Source of the DNA: an uncultured bacterium
GTDB taxonomy: Bacteria > Babelota > Babeliae > Babelales > Babelaceae
DNA length: 64,000 nt
Assembly: GCA_963717435.1 (NCBI GenBank)
Contig: OY970332.1
Coordinates: 672,001 to 736,000 of the forward strand
Reading direction: 5' to 3'
Position numbers and translations under genes: made by a program
Shown here: positions 38,842 to 53,392 of the stretch, in pieces
Numbering within the stretch: the first letter of the stretch is position 1
Layout: each line of letters starts with the position of its first letter
The notes under the pieces: generated by a model
Told to the model about the DNA's origin: nothing
What the model saw: the letters and a program-made list of their open reading frames with translations, nothing else
Database searches by the model: none

Positions 38842-39414
38842 ATGATAGGTAAACTTTTTTTAGTATGCGCTCCATCGGGGGCAGGGAAAACTACTTTGGT
38901 TAATTCTGTTCTTAATGAACTAGGAGATAACAATAATATAAGTAGGGTTGTTACTTACACCTCAAGAGCGCCAAGAGTCGGAGAAATTCACGGGGAGCAT
39001 TATTTTTTTATCAGCGAACCAGATTTTGAAAAAAAGATTGGTGAAAGCTATTTTATAGAGTGGAGCAAATCTTATGGGACTTATTATGGATCGCCCAAGT
39101 CTATAATAGAACAGCTTGAGTATGGCAAATCTTTTATTCTTATAGTAGACACTAATGGTATAAAGAGTATTACTAAAGAACACCCCGCGGCAGTTGTAAT
39201 AAGAATACTCCCCCCAAATTTTGATACACTAATAGATAGATTAAATAAAAGATCTACGGAAAATACCCAACAAATTCAAAAAAGATTGGCACTTGCTCTT
39301 GGGGAACTTGAAGATTTGGAGATTTCTAAGATTTCCAAATATACGGTAATAAATAACGATCTTGAATGTGCTAAAGAAGAGCTAAGAGAGATACTATTGA
39401 AAGAAATATCTTGA
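38842..39414 (+). CDS. gmk: Guanylate kinase
   Basis: APSGAGKTT, TSRAPRVGE..G..YFF and YYGS. Confidence 0.93.
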   Translation: MIGKLFLVCAPSGAGKTTLVNSVLNELGDNNNISRVVTYTSRAPRVGEIHGEHYFFISEPDFEKKIGESYFIEWSKSYGTYYGSPKSIIEQLEYGKSFILIVDTNGIKSITKEHPAAVVIRILPPNFDTLIDRLNKRSTENTQQIQKRLALALGELEDLEISKISKYTVINNDLECAKEELREILLKEIS

Positions 39415-39508
39415 TTGTTATGAGTGTCAAAAAACAGGGGACAGGTAGGGGGCAAATAGATTATTTTTTGATATTTAAAAGATTTTTTATGTTTTTTTAT
39501 AAAAAATG

Positions 39509-39536
39509 TTGACTTGGCCGCATATAACTGTATAAT
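39509..39536 (+). promoter_or_regulatory. rRNA operon promoter P1 (sigma70)
   Basis: TTGACT-16 nt-TATAAT with an A/T-rich upstream tract. Confidence 0.75.
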
Positions 39537-39678
39537 TTTCTTTGTCTTTAAGCGAAATGGCTAAAGCAAAAACCGAAAATTTGAAATGTTCGTCAAGTCC
39601 CAACAGACGCATCAATTGATGCAATTTGTTATCGAACTTCGACAAATAAAAAAAGTTTAAAAAACTTCTAAAAAAAGT

Positions 39679-39707
39679 TTGACATAGTTAAAACAAGCGG
39701 GTACAAT
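39679..39707 (+). promoter_or_regulatory. rRNA operon promoter P2 (sigma70)
   Basis: TTGACA-17 nt-TACAAT. Confidence 0.75.
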
Positions 39708-39849
39708 TAAAAACATCCTGAATTTGAAACGCCTGTTTGAAACAAGTTAATCAAAAAAAGAGATAAAAAATTTATCTTTGAAATACACAAGAAATCCTAA
39801 AAATCAAAACCTATAATTTTGTGATTGTTTTATCCAAAACATAAATTTT

Positions 39850-41392
<1,543 letters not shown>

Positions 41393-41490
41393 CGAGGGAG
41401 ATAATTAGATCCGACGACTCTTTAATCTTAGAAGTGTTACATTGTACGGTGATAAAGAATTCATAATCTTATAGGTTTTTTAGAATTACT

Positions 41491-41567
41491 GGGCCTATAG
41501 CTCAGCTGGTTAGAGCACCCCGCTGATAACGGGGAGGTCAGTCGTTCAAGTCGACTTAGGCCCACCA
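41491..41567 (+). tRNA. tRNA-Ile(GAT)
   Basis: Spacer tRNA, CT-GAT-AA loop, CCA. Confidence 0.95.
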
Positions 41568-41617
41568 AAAGTGGCCTAGTAATCTGAGATCTCGTCTAGG
41601 TTATGTTCTATAATATA

Positions 41618-41692
41618 GGGGATGTAGCTCAGTTGGTAGAGCTCCGCTTTGCACGCGGAGGGTCATCGGTTCGACTCCGCTCATCTCCACCA
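41618..41692 (+). tRNA. tRNA-Ala(TGC)
   Basis: GGGGATG acceptor with G3:U70, TT-TGC-AC loop, CCA. Confidence 0.92.
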
Positions 41693-41856
41693 ATATTTCG
41701 ATCTGGCTGAGTATAATAAGGTCTAGAATTCTTTATATATATCATAGATGTTTAAATTAAAAAATTCTTGTGTTCTTTGAAATATTTGTAATGTAATAAT
41801 TGCTGAATAGTATAAGTTAATACTACAATCTAAGTAAATAAAGTCATTAAAAATTT

Positions 41857-44877
<3,021 letters not shown>

Positions 44878-44985
44878 GCTATAATTTAAAAAAGTCTAAA
44901 CAACTTAGTCGAAAAAACTAGTAAGAATTATCATCAAATATTTCAAAAACACGAGATTAAATTTTGAATATGAATCATAAAAATT

Positions 44986-45101
44986 TCCTGGTGCGTATAG
45001 CTGTGGGGTCACACCCGTTCCCATTCCGAATACGGAAGTTAAGCTCACAGCGCCGATGATACTTGGCTGGTAACGGGCTGGAAAAGTAGGTAGTGCCAGG
45101 A
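44986..45101 (+). rRNA. rrf: 5S rRNA
   Basis: TCCTGGTG...CCCATTCCGAATACGGAAGTTAAG...GCCAGGA. Confidence 0.95.
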
Positions 45102-45108
45102 TTAAATT

Positions 45109-45140
45109 AAAGCCCTGAGATAAATCTCGGGGCTTTTTTT
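45109..45140 (+). terminator. rRNA operon terminator
   Basis: AAAGCCCTGAGAT-AA-ATCTCGGGGCTTT followed by a T-tract. Confidence 0.85.
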
Positions 45141-45185
45141 ATTGAAAAATTAAATATTTTATTAAATATTTTAGAGGAGATAATC

Positions 45186-45764
45186 TTGAAAGAAATTTTT
45201 TACGCTACTGGCAATTCTGGAAAGTTTGCCGATGTTAGCAAATATATTACTGAAAATAATATTAATATAATTATTAAGCAGTTCGAAGCAGATATTCCTG
45301 AGATACAAAGTTTGGATTTAAAAGCTGTTGCAATAGACAAAGCAAGACAAGCTTTTAATATTTTACAAAAGCCCGTTATTGTTGATGATTCTGGTCTTTT
45401 TGTTTTGAAGTATAATAATTTCCCGGGAGTGATGAGCAAATATGTGTTTGAAGGGATAGGGCTTTCCGGTCTCATGAAACTTTTTGATGCTGGAGATAAG
45501 GCTGAGTTTATTGTAAGTTTAGTTTTTGCTTATGCTCCTGGGAAAATTGAGACTTTTGAGCGTAAAATTTCTGGTAAAATTGTTGCGCCAACAGATAAAG
45601 CGAAATTTAATCCCAAGCTCCCGTATATCAGCATTTTTGTGCCTGATGGTTACGATCAAACTCTTGCTGAACTACGACAGTTAGAAAGTAGTCCTAAGTT
45701 TAACCCAAGGGTCGCGGCTTTTAGTGATCTTATAAATTGGCTAAAAACTCAAAAAGATATCTAA
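45186..45764 (+). CDS. Non-canonical purine NTP pyrophosphatase (RdgB/HAM1 family)
   Basis: ATGNSGK, EIQ, VDDSGL and FPGVMSK. Confidence 0.88.
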   Translation: MKEIFYATGNSGKFADVSKYITENNINIIIKQFEADIPEIQSLDLKAVAIDKARQAFNILQKPVIVDDSGLFVLKYNNFPGVMSKYVFEGIGLSGLMKLFDAGDKAEFIVSLVFAYAPGKIETFERKISGKIVAPTDKAKFNPKLPYISIFVPDGYDQTLAELRQLESSPKFNPRVAAFSDLINWLKTQKDI

Positions 45765-45847
45765 TTAATACCCAGTTGATGGGTTTTTATAAATTTGTTT
45801 AATTTGTTATACTCAAAAAATATTAATATTTGATTTGTAGGGGTTTT

Positions 45848-47374
45848 ATGAGATTTATATACAACTTAATGTTGGCCATTACGCTAGTTTTGAGTAGCGT
45901 TTGTCATGCAAATCCAAACGATATTTTCTTCCAGAAAAGACCCGATGGAGTAGTTTACCCCAAGGGTTTTCTGAAGGGTGTTGCATGCTCAACCTATCAA
46001 AATGGTGGGCACAATTATTGGGAATCGCTCGGTTATAAGCCAGAAAGCAACTGGACATGGTTTGAAAAGAATTTTACCGCTCGTTTTATTATTAATCGTG
46101 AAAGAGAAGCTGGTAGATCTTGGACATTTTGCAAATCATCTCCCATTGATCGTGGTGAAAAAGTTGGAATATCTGCAGACGGCTGGAATCGCATGTTTGA
46201 TGATATTCAGCTGATTAAAAATTTGGGTTGTAATGCTTATCGTTTTGAAATGCCATGGACGGATTTGAATCCGAAACAAAATATTTGGAACGAAGAAGCT
46301 TTTGAATTTTTTGACAGATATATCGATGAATTAAAGAAAAACGGTATAGAACCAATAGTTACTTTATATCACTGGGTACACCCAAAGTGGTTTTCGGATC
46401 TTGATGCGTGGGAAAAAGAAGAAAATATTAAATACTTTGTGCGTTATTGCCAAGAGGTTTTTAAGCGTTATGGTCACAAAGTAAAATATTGGGCCACTAT
46501 CAATGAACCAACAGTGATCAGTGTTTGCGGGTATGTTATGGGATCTCACTCACCCGGCAGAAAAGATCTAGCATCGCCAATTTTTAGAGCATTTTGTTAT
46601 GACACTATGCTTTCTATGGTCCCAAATAATTATAGACTCGCAGGGACAGTTTTGGGAAATTTGTTTAAAGCGCATATAGAAGTATATAATGCGATCAAAG
46701 CCATGCCTCATGGCCAGCAGGCTCAAGTAAGTATTGTTCACCAAATGGCTCTTTTTGATGCAAAAATAAAAACTGGTGTAAGCGGGTTATTAAATCCTAT
46801 AAGTAAAATGCTCGCAAAGCAGTTTAATAAGAATTTTTCCCATGAAATATTCATGAAATTTTTTACGACAGGCGTTTTTGAATATGAAGTTCCCGGGGAA
46901 GAACCGGTTAAATTTAAAGACACACGAGCGCTTAATAGTCTTGATTTTATAGGTCTTAATTTTTATGCAGATATGACATTTGGTCCAGCGCCCGAGTGTC
47001 ACGAAGACGAAGAGATGACAGACATGGATATGTGGGCGATTCGTCCATACTCGTTATATAAAGCCATAAAAGAAATTTCTGTGTTTAATTTGCCAATTAT
47101 AATAACTGAAAATGGTATTCCTGACGCAAAAGACGATCGTCGTGAAAAATGGATTATTGGGTATAATAACGCAGTAAAGCAAGCCCTGGACGATGGCTAT
47201 GACGTAAGAGGGTATTGTTATTGGTCGTTAGTTGACAATTTCGAGTGGAACATGGGACATAATAAAAAATTCGGTCTCTATGCTGTCGATACATTAAGTG
47301 ACGATCCGTCTAAAAAAGAGCGTAGTTTGCGCAAGGGCTCTTGTGCATATCGCGATTATGTTAGAGTAGAATAA
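45848..47374 (+). CDS. Secreted glycoside hydrolase family 1 (beta-glucosidase-like)
   Basis: Signal peptide, TINEP (acid/base), IITENG (nucleophile), WSLVDNFEW and FGLY. Confidence 0.92.
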   Translation: MRFIYNLMLAITLVLSSVCHANPNDIFFQKRPDGVVYPKGFLKGVACSTYQNGGHNYWESLGYKPESNWTWFEKNFTARFIINREREAGRSWTFCKSSPIDRGEKVGISADGWNRMFDDIQLIKNLGCNAYRFEMPWTDLNPKQNIWNEEAFEFFDRYIDELKKNGIEPIVTLYHWVHPKWFSDLDAWEKEENIKYFVRYCQEVFKRYGHKVKYWATINEPTVISVCGYVMGSHSPGRKDLASPIFRAFCYDTMLSMVPNNYRLAGTVLGNLFKAHIEVYNAIKAMPHGQQAQVSIVHQMALFDAKIKTGVSGLLNPISKMLAKQFNKNFSHEIFMKFFTTGVFEYEVPGEEPVKFKDTRALNSLDFIGLNFYADMTFGPAPECHEDEEMTDMDMWAIRPYSLYKAIKEISVFNLPIIITENGIPDAKDDRREKWIIGYNNAVKQALDDGYDVRGYCYWSLVDNFEWNMGHNKKFGLYAVDTLSDDPSKKERSLRKGSCAYRDYVRVE

Positions 47375-47395
47375 TTTTAGATAAAATATTTTTTG

Positions 47396-47425
47396 TGGGA
47401 GAGTAAATCTGTTTTTACTCTCCCA
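47396..47425. terminator. Hairpin between convergent GH1 and EamA genes
   Basis: TGGGAGAGTAAA...TTTACTCTCCCA. Confidence 0.7.
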
Positions 47426-47546
47426 TAATTTTTTTAAATAGTTTTTAAATACTTAAAGTATTACTTAAACTTTTGTGTGAGATTTAGTTTATAAAAAATA
47501 GTTTCTTAGATTTATACCGCTTATTTCCAGAATTGCGGTGGGCTGG

Positions 47547-48464
47547 CTATTCTAAAATTTCTTTAAGTTCTCTAGTTTTTATATCTTCTTTATAGAATAT
47601 TAATAACCCAGCAAGAGTTATTATTGCCGAAATTACAAATACATTTGACCATTGTTCGCCCAAGAATAGCAGGCCGTAAATATAGACAAAAATTGGGACA
47701 GAAAAACCTGATAACGCAATAAGTGTGGAAGTGTGTTCTTTAAGTATTTTTCCGTATAGTCTGTAAGCTATTATGTTTCCAACAAATACTGTATATGCGA
47801 TTAAACCAATTAGCCTGAAATTGATTTGTGATATTTCGGGCATAGTTTCTTGTGTAACGGAAGCTATTGTCGCAACAATACCAGTAATCGTCATAGTGAC
47901 ACCATTTAATTCTAGTGGCGTATAGCGCTCGCGTTTAAGTAGCATTTGAACGATCATCCACCCATATCTGCTTATGGCAACCGAAAGAAACATCGCTATT
48001 TCTGGGTAAGATAATACACCAAAACTCGATACGCCAATTTCTGTATTTGTTGTAGATAGCACAAGAATAGACAGGCCAATAATTGCGACTATTATTCCTA
48101 ACAGTTTATTAAGAGTTAATTTTTCATTAAACAAAAAATAAGAGTAAACTGCCGTAACAAATGGATCTATACTTCCCAATAACGTTACTTTAGAAGACAG
48201 CATGTTTTTTAGGGCAAAAGATTTTAAGATAGAGGGCACAAAAGTCGTTAATAAAGCTACGCCCAAAATTACTATAAGATCTTGCTTTAAATAATTTAGT
48301 TTTATTCGTTCAGATTTTTTATACAAGCAGTAACCAATAATTATCACACCAGCAACTAGCATTCTTGTTGCCACGGCAAGAACTGGGGGCAAGGTAGCGA
48401 GTATCAATTTGTTTACTGTTATTGCGCTTGCAAGAAGTGCAAATGTTAAGAAAACTATTAGCAT
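47547..48464 (-). CDS. DMT/EamA family transporter
   Basis: About 10 TM segments in two repeats: PPVLAVATR, PFVTAVYSYFLFNEK, PIF...FLGE. Confidence 0.88.
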   Translation of the reverse strand: MLIVFLTFALLASAITVNKLILATLPPVLAVATRMLVAGVIIIGYCLYKKSERIKLNYLKQDLIVILGVALLTTFVPSILKSFALKNMLSSKVTLLGSIDPFVTAVYSYFLFNEKLTLNKLLGIIVAIIGLSILVLSTTNTEIGVSSFGVLSYPEIAMFLSVAISRYGWMIVQMLLKRERYTPLELNGVTMTITGIVATIASVTQETMPEISQINFRLIGLIAYTVFVGNIIAYRLYGKILKEHTSTLIALSGFSVPIFVYIYGLLFLGEQWSNVFVISAIITLAGLLIFYKEDIKTRELKEILE

Positions 48465-48652
48465 TATTTAGCAATTCGATTAATCTGACCAGGTTTTTTG
48501 AATTACTATAATAGTGTCGAGAAATACTGCTTTTATGTCAAATTTATGCATAAATTTTGATATTACTTGCCAACTTTTTAAAATTACTTAAAATTTAGTT
48601 TGTTTACAGGGGAAATTTAGGTAAAATGTTAGTGAAAAATTAGAAAGTTATT

Positions 48653-49936
48653 ATGTCAAATCAATCGCTTGTTATTAACCAGTCTCAGCCTCTAAATGGC
48701 GAAATTAAGATCTCTGGGGCAAAAAATGCAGTTTTGGTTATTATGGCTTCTTTGATATTACCATCGGGTAAGTCAAAATTGACCAATGTTCCAAATTCTT
48801 CTGATGTTTTCCAAATGATAGTTCTACTTGAAAGTCTTGGCGCCCAGGTCAAATTTGATGCCAATTTGGGGATTCTAGAGATAGATAGTTCCACTATTGA
48901 TAGACATAAGGTTAGTTCTGAAATAATGAAAAAGATGAGAGCCTCGATACTTGTCATGGGGCCATTGCTTGCCAGGTTCAAAAGAGCTGAAGTTGCCCTT
49001 CCTGGTGGGTGCGTAATTGGTGCAAGACCTATAGATTATCACTTGAAGTTGCTTTCCAGAATGGGAGTAGACATACAGTTTTCGGGCGAATTTTTGACTG
49101 CATCTACGGGTTCACTCAGAAGTGCGCGATTAATACTTGAATATCCTAGTGTTGGCGCAACTGAAAATGCTCTAATGGCAGCCGTTGCAGCTTCGGGACC
49201 TACCCAGATTATTAATGCTGCTATAGAACCGGAAGTTTTAGATTTAATAACTGTTTTGCGCAAAATGGGCGCTGTTATAAATATTTTGCCTCCTGCGACC
49301 ATAGAAATTTATCCTGCAACTCAGCTTCACCCAATAGAACATGATGTTATGCCTGATAGGCTAGAAGCAGGATCGCTGTTATTGGCCGCTTCAGTTACAG
49401 GTGGTGAAATTTTAATTCCAAATGCTCCCGCTTTATTAATGGACGTATTTTTACTTAAACTGCAGGAAATGGGACATTCAATGGCAATTGGTGAAAATGG
49501 CATGGGTGTCTGGATTAAGGCAACAAAAACACCACAAGCTGTTTCTTTTAAAACTATGCCATACCCCGGTTTCCCTACTGACTTGCAGGCACCTATGCTT
49601 GCAGCTTTATGCTTGGCAACAGGAACAAGTATTGTTCAGGAAACGGTTTATGAAAATCGTATGTTGCATGTTCGTGAATTACAAAAAATGGGTGCGCAAA
49701 TTACCGTTGAAGGCACAACTGCGATAGTTAAAGGTGTCGATGAACTTTATGGCGCGCAAGTTATTGCCCCTGATATTCGTGGCGGATACGCACTTGTTGT
49801 TGCGGGTCTTGCAGCCAAAGGACAAACTACTATTACTGGCGTACATCATTTAAGGCGCGGCTATGAAGAAATGGACGTTAAGCTTAGCAGTCTTGGTGCA
49901 AGTCTAGCTTTTAAAGATGGCCAGTTATTGGGTTAG
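48653..49936 (+). CDS. murA: UDP-N-acetylglucosamine 1-carboxyvinyltransferase
   Basis: SGAKNA, MRASILVMGPL, PGGCVIGARP, SVGATEN and PYPGFPTDLQ. Confidence 0.96.
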   Translation: MSNQSLVINQSQPLNGEIKISGAKNAVLVIMASLILPSGKSKLTNVPNSSDVFQMIVLLESLGAQVKFDANLGILEIDSSTIDRHKVSSEIMKKMRASILVMGPLLARFKRAEVALPGGCVIGARPIDYHLKLLSRMGVDIQFSGEFLTASTGSLRSARLILEYPSVGATENALMAAVAASGPTQIINAAIEPEVLDLITVLRKMGAVINILPPATIEIYPATQLHPIEHDVMPDRLEAGSLLLAASVTGGEILIPNAPALLMDVFLLKLQEMGHSMAIGENGMGVWIKATKTPQAVSFKTMPYPGFPTDLQAPMLAALCLATGTSIVQETVYENRMLHVRELQKMGAQITVEGTTAIVKGVDELYGAQVIAPDIRGGYALVVAGLAAKGQTTITGVHHLRRGYEEMDVKLSSLGASLAFKDGQLLG

Positions 49937-49971
49937 ATCTTAAAAAATTAATTTTTTAAGAAAAACTTCAC

Positions 49972-50829
49972 TTAGTTGCTGCCAGTTAACTCTGTTAGCT
50001 CTTTTGTAATTTCTGCTTGTCTTAGCTTGTTATATTCTAGCTTCATGATATTAATCAAATCAGAAGCATTTCTGGTTGAGCTATCCATAGAAATAAATCG
50101 TGCGGCTTGTTCAGCCAGTAGAGAGTCAAAAAGAAGTTCTGTGATAGAGATACGAATAATAGTTTTTTTTAGCGACGAAGTTAGACTTGTAGCACTTTGG
50201 GGCCAAATATATTCGCCAATATTTTTAGTGTTCTGCGTGTTATCTGTTTGCTCTGGGATTGGGTAAACTACAGTTTTTTTCTGTTTTTGTATAAAAAAGC
50301 TTTTTGCCCAGTTGCTATAAACTATAATTTTCCCGTAATTACTTATATTGTCGTTAATAAACTTAGATAACTCTTTTGCAATGTCATTAAAGTTTGTTGA
50401 ACTAAATTGTGGAAAATTCAGAATCGTAGGGATCTTTTCTTGCCCAAGATGCTTAATTCCTTCTTTGCCGACAACAATAATATCAGAATTGCCGTCACCA
50501 CTTTTTTGGCTATTATAATAACCAAAAAGTGAATTGTTAAAATTTCCACAAAGACCCTTTTCAGAAGACAAAATTATAACCAGATTTTTGGGTTTTTTAG
50601 GTTCAGAGATTGGTTCAGAAGCGGTTTCAAAACTAAGTTGTTTATTGTTTGTTTGACTGCTGACTAAAGCCCACAATTTTCTTATTTCTCTGTTATAATT
50701 ATCAAGAAAGCTTTTTTTGCCTCTTAGCTTAAGATTGTTGGACATTGAAACAAGCTGCATAGCGTGAGTGATTTTTTTTATTGTCTCTGCTGCTTTAATT
50801 CTTTGTTTCAGGTTAACTAACTGTGCCAT
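49972..50829 (-). CDS. atpG: F1 ATP synthase gamma subunit
   Basis: KITHAMQLVS, SEKGLCGNFN, EQAARF and YNKLRQAEITKELTE. Confidence 0.93.
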   Translation of the reverse strand: MAQLVNLKQRIKAAETIKKITHAMQLVSMSNNLKLRGKKSFLDNYNREIRKLWALVSSQTNNKQLSFETASEPISEPKKPKNLVIILSSEKGLCGNFNNSLFGYYNSQKSGDGNSDIIVVGKEGIKHLGQEKIPTILNFPQFSSTNFNDIAKELSKFINDNISNYGKIIVYSNWAKSFFIQKQKKTVVYPIPEQTDNTQNTKNIGEYIWPQSATSLTSSLKKTIIRISITELLFDSLLAEQAARFISMDSSTRNASDLINIMKLEYNKLRQAEITKELTELTGSN

Positions 50830-50983
50830 TTACAGCCCTAATATAATTTAGTTTAGATTATAAAAAAGTCTTATTTTTGTTGCTAATTTTAAGTATTATT
50901 TAATTAATTATTTAATAAAGTACTTTCTTCAAGTTTTTTTGGCAATATCTGAGTAAATTAAAATTGATCAGGGGGAAAAATAT

Positions 50984-51607
50984 ATGATTCTTTTAATTGA
51001 TGCTTATAATATTTTGAAACGGATTTATTCGGGACAATATATTTCAGAGAGCCAAAAAGGCATGTTCGTAAATCAGATCATAAAATATTGTTCTCTTGGC
51101 GGAACAAATAAGAACTTAAAAGCTATAATAGTCTTTGATGCTGGAGGAAATACATACCCTGATATTGAATCCCGTGCAAATGTTACGGTTGTGCATTCTG
51201 GTAGCAGAATAAACGCAGATGATTATATAAAAGAGTATATTGAAAAAAACAGAAATAAAGCTGAATTTTTACTTGTTTCTTCTGATAGGGAACTGAAAAA
51301 ATATGCTCAAAAATTTAATATAGAATCTGTGGGTGGCTACGAATTTTATCAAATGGTGACCCAGAACGAGCATGAAAATAAAAATTTGAGTACTAAAAAA
51401 ATAAAAATTATTAAAAAAGAACTATTAGAAGACGAAGAAGGCTCAGAAAATTCTGAACTTGATAAACTTATGGAACGGTCAGCTGGTATAAAATTTGAAA
51501 AAATTGATCTCGATGAAATCGAAAATAGCGCCTCTACGCGATCTAGCAACTCAAAGAGACCGTCAAAACAAGATAGAAAGCTTTTGAAGATTGTTAAGAA
51601 GCTTTAA
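50984..51607 (+). CDS. YacP-like NYN-domain RNase
   Basis: LIDAYNI, IVFDA, ADDYI and VSSDREL. Confidence 0.85.
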   Translation: MILLIDAYNILKRIYSGQYISESQKGMFVNQIIKYCSLGGTNKNLKAIIVFDAGGNTYPDIESRANVTVVHSGSRINADDYIKEYIEKNRNKAEFLLVSSDRELKKYAQKFNIESVGGYEFYQMVTQNEHENKNLSTKKIKIIKKELLEDEEGSENSELDKLMERSAGIKFEKIDLDEIENSASTRSSNSKRPSKQDRKLLKIVKKL

Positions 51608-51661
51608 AATATTTTTTTGGAAAAAATTATATAAAATTAAGAGAAAAAATTAGAGAAAACT

Positions 51662-52111
51662 ATGGAAAAAAATCAAAAAAATGAACTTAATGGGCAGCTT
51701 GTTTATAGCTTGGAAGAAGTAGGCAAAGCTGTAGAGCTACTGAATAATCTTACTCAAAAATATTCTGTAATAGCCCTGTCTGGTAGCTTGGGTGCGGGTA
51801 AGACTACTTTGGTACAAAATTTTTTAAAATCACATGGGGCCAAAGAGCCGATATTGAGCCCGACTTTTGCCTATTTTAACAAATATGAACTAGGTAAAAA
51901 AACTTACTATCACTTTGATCTTTATAGACTTGCTAATCTTGAAGAGTTTGGTGCTCTGGGATTTGACGAACTGCTTCATGAACCAAATTCTGTATCTTTA
52001 GTTGAATGGCCCGAGGTTATCGAGCCATTATTAACTAAATCTACTTGCAAAATCTCTTTGGATTATTCTGGCTTTGATAAAAGAATATTAAATTATAGCT
52101 GTAAACTATAA
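51662..52111 (+). CDS. tsaE: tRNA t6A biosynthesis ATPase TsaE
   Basis: GSLGAGKTT, SPTF, HFDLYRL and VEWP. Confidence 0.95.
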   Translation: MEKNQKNELNGQLVYSLEEVGKAVELLNNLTQKYSVIALSGSLGAGKTTLVQNFLKSHGAKEPILSPTFAYFNKYELGKKTYYHFDLYRLANLEEFGALGFDELLHEPNSVSLVEWPEVIEPLLTKSTCKISLDYSGFDKRILNYSCKL

Positions 52112-52144
52112 TAAAAATATTTTTAGCCAGAAAATTTAAATAAT

Positions 52145-52342
52145 TTACTTTTTCTTCGCTTTTTTAGCAGTTTTTTTCGGGACTTTAATACCCTTTGCTC
52201 TTGCTTCTGAAAGGCCTATTGCAATAGCCTGTTTTCTGCTTTTTACTGTTTTTTTGGATTTGCCACTTTTTAGCTTACCCTTTTTGAATTTTTTCATAGC
52301 TGCTTTAACTACTTTTTGTGATTTTTTACCATATTTTGCCAT
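52145..52342 (-). CDS. Small Lys-rich protein (DUF6496-like)
   Basis: GGAGG RBS; MAKYGKK...GKLKSG...SRKQAIAIGLSEAR. Confidence 0.75.
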   Translation of the reverse strand: MAKYGKKSQKVVKAAMKKFKKGKLKSGKSKKTVKSRKQAIAIGLSEARAKGIKVPKKTAKKAKKK

Positions 52343-52667
52343 ATTGGCCTCCATTTAAAATAAATATTTTTTAAAACTACACACTCTCTGATATTTATTT
52401 TATTTTAAATTTTGCTTTAAAAGCAATAGTTTTTATATAATTTTTTGTATATTTTTTTAATAATTTTAAATTTTAATTTTGCAAAATTAAAATTTATACA
52501 GCTTATATAACTGTATTTATCAGCTTATTATCGAGCTTAAGATTTTATTGTTTTTTAAAAAAATTCTATAACTTATAGTGATTTATATATGATTTATACT
52601 GTAAAATTGTAAAAATTAAGTTGAAATGATTTTAAATATACAATATGCTATTTTGCATTGGTTCTAC

Positions 52668-52752
52668 GGTGAGATTCCCGAGCGGTCAAAGGGGGCGGAC
52701 TGTAAATCCGTTGGCTCAGCCTTCGTAGGTTCGAATCCTACTCTCACCACCA
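52668..52752 (+). tRNA. tRNA-Tyr(GTA)
   Basis: GGTGAGATT... CT-GTA-AA loop, CCA. Confidence 0.95.
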
Positions 52753-52784
52753 TTATTTCCGCAGGAAATGAATGGCAGGCCAGT
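52750..52784 (+). repeat. tRNA 3'-linked hairpin repeat, copy 4 (diverged)
   Basis: CCATTATTTCC-GCA-GGAAATGAATGGCAGGCCAGT, starting at the CCA of tRNA-Tyr. Confidence 0.85.
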
Positions 52785-52844
52785 TAAAAAAAGTTTTTTT
52801 GTATTTGATTAAAATTAAAAAAACTGCTTAAATTTGTAAACCGC

Positions 52845-52920
52845 GCGGGAATAGCTCAATTGGTAGAGCGGCAGCCTTCCAAGCTGTAGGTTGCGGGTTC
52901 GAGTCCCGTTTCCCGCTCCA
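52845..52920 (+). tRNA. tRNA-Gly(TCC)
   Basis: GCGGGAATAG... CT-TCC-AA loop, TCCA end. Confidence 0.95.
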
Positions 52921-52929
52921 GAAAGCATT

Positions 52930-53005
52930 GCTGGCGTAGCTCAGTTGGTAGAGCAGCTGATTTGTAATCAGCAGGTCGCTGGTTCAAATCCAGTCGCCAG
53001 CTCCA
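52930..53005 (+). tRNA. tRNA-Thr(TGT)
   Basis: GCTGGCGTAG... TT-TGT-AA loop, CCA. Confidence 0.95.
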
Positions 53006-53084
53006 TAAATTCAAAAATTGCTATTGTCTTTGTTTTTGTTAAATTAAATTATAATTTAAATAATAGTGATAATTGTAATGATTG

Positions 53085-53160
53085 GCCCACGTAGCTCAGT
53101 TGGTAGAGCACTTCCTTGGTAAGGGAGAGGTCACCGGTTCAAATCCGGTCGCGGGCTCCA
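53085..53160 (+). tRNA. tRNA-Thr(GGT)
   Basis: GCCCACGTAG... TT-GGT-AA loop, CCA. Confidence 0.93.
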
Positions 53161-53217
53161 GGTGTACAGAGCGATGTAATAGCGCAAAATTTAATTTAAA
53201 ATCACAGGTTATTTATT

Positions 53218-53376
53218 ATGGCAAAAAATAGAGTAACTACTCATTTGGCTTGTGAAAGTGCAAAGAGCGTAATTATACGCAAGTTGTATCTAAAAAGCGA
53301 ACTGTTGGTTCTCTGAAACTTAAGCAAATTTTGCTTCCGCTGCCGCAAGCACAATATGCATAAAGAAACAAAATAA
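53218..53376 (+). CDS. rpmG: 50S ribosomal protein L33 (apparent indels)
   Basis: MAKNRVTTHLACE, then after a frame change CKERNYT...KFCFRCRKH..HKETK; two CxxC motifs. Confidence 0.88.
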
Positions 53377-53392
53377 CAGTATTTAATGTATT

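Noticed and set aside
41618-41692. tRNA-Ala appears to lack the base between the D and anticodon stems
   Set aside because: A single-base difference in an assembly with evident indels; cannot be supported without reads.
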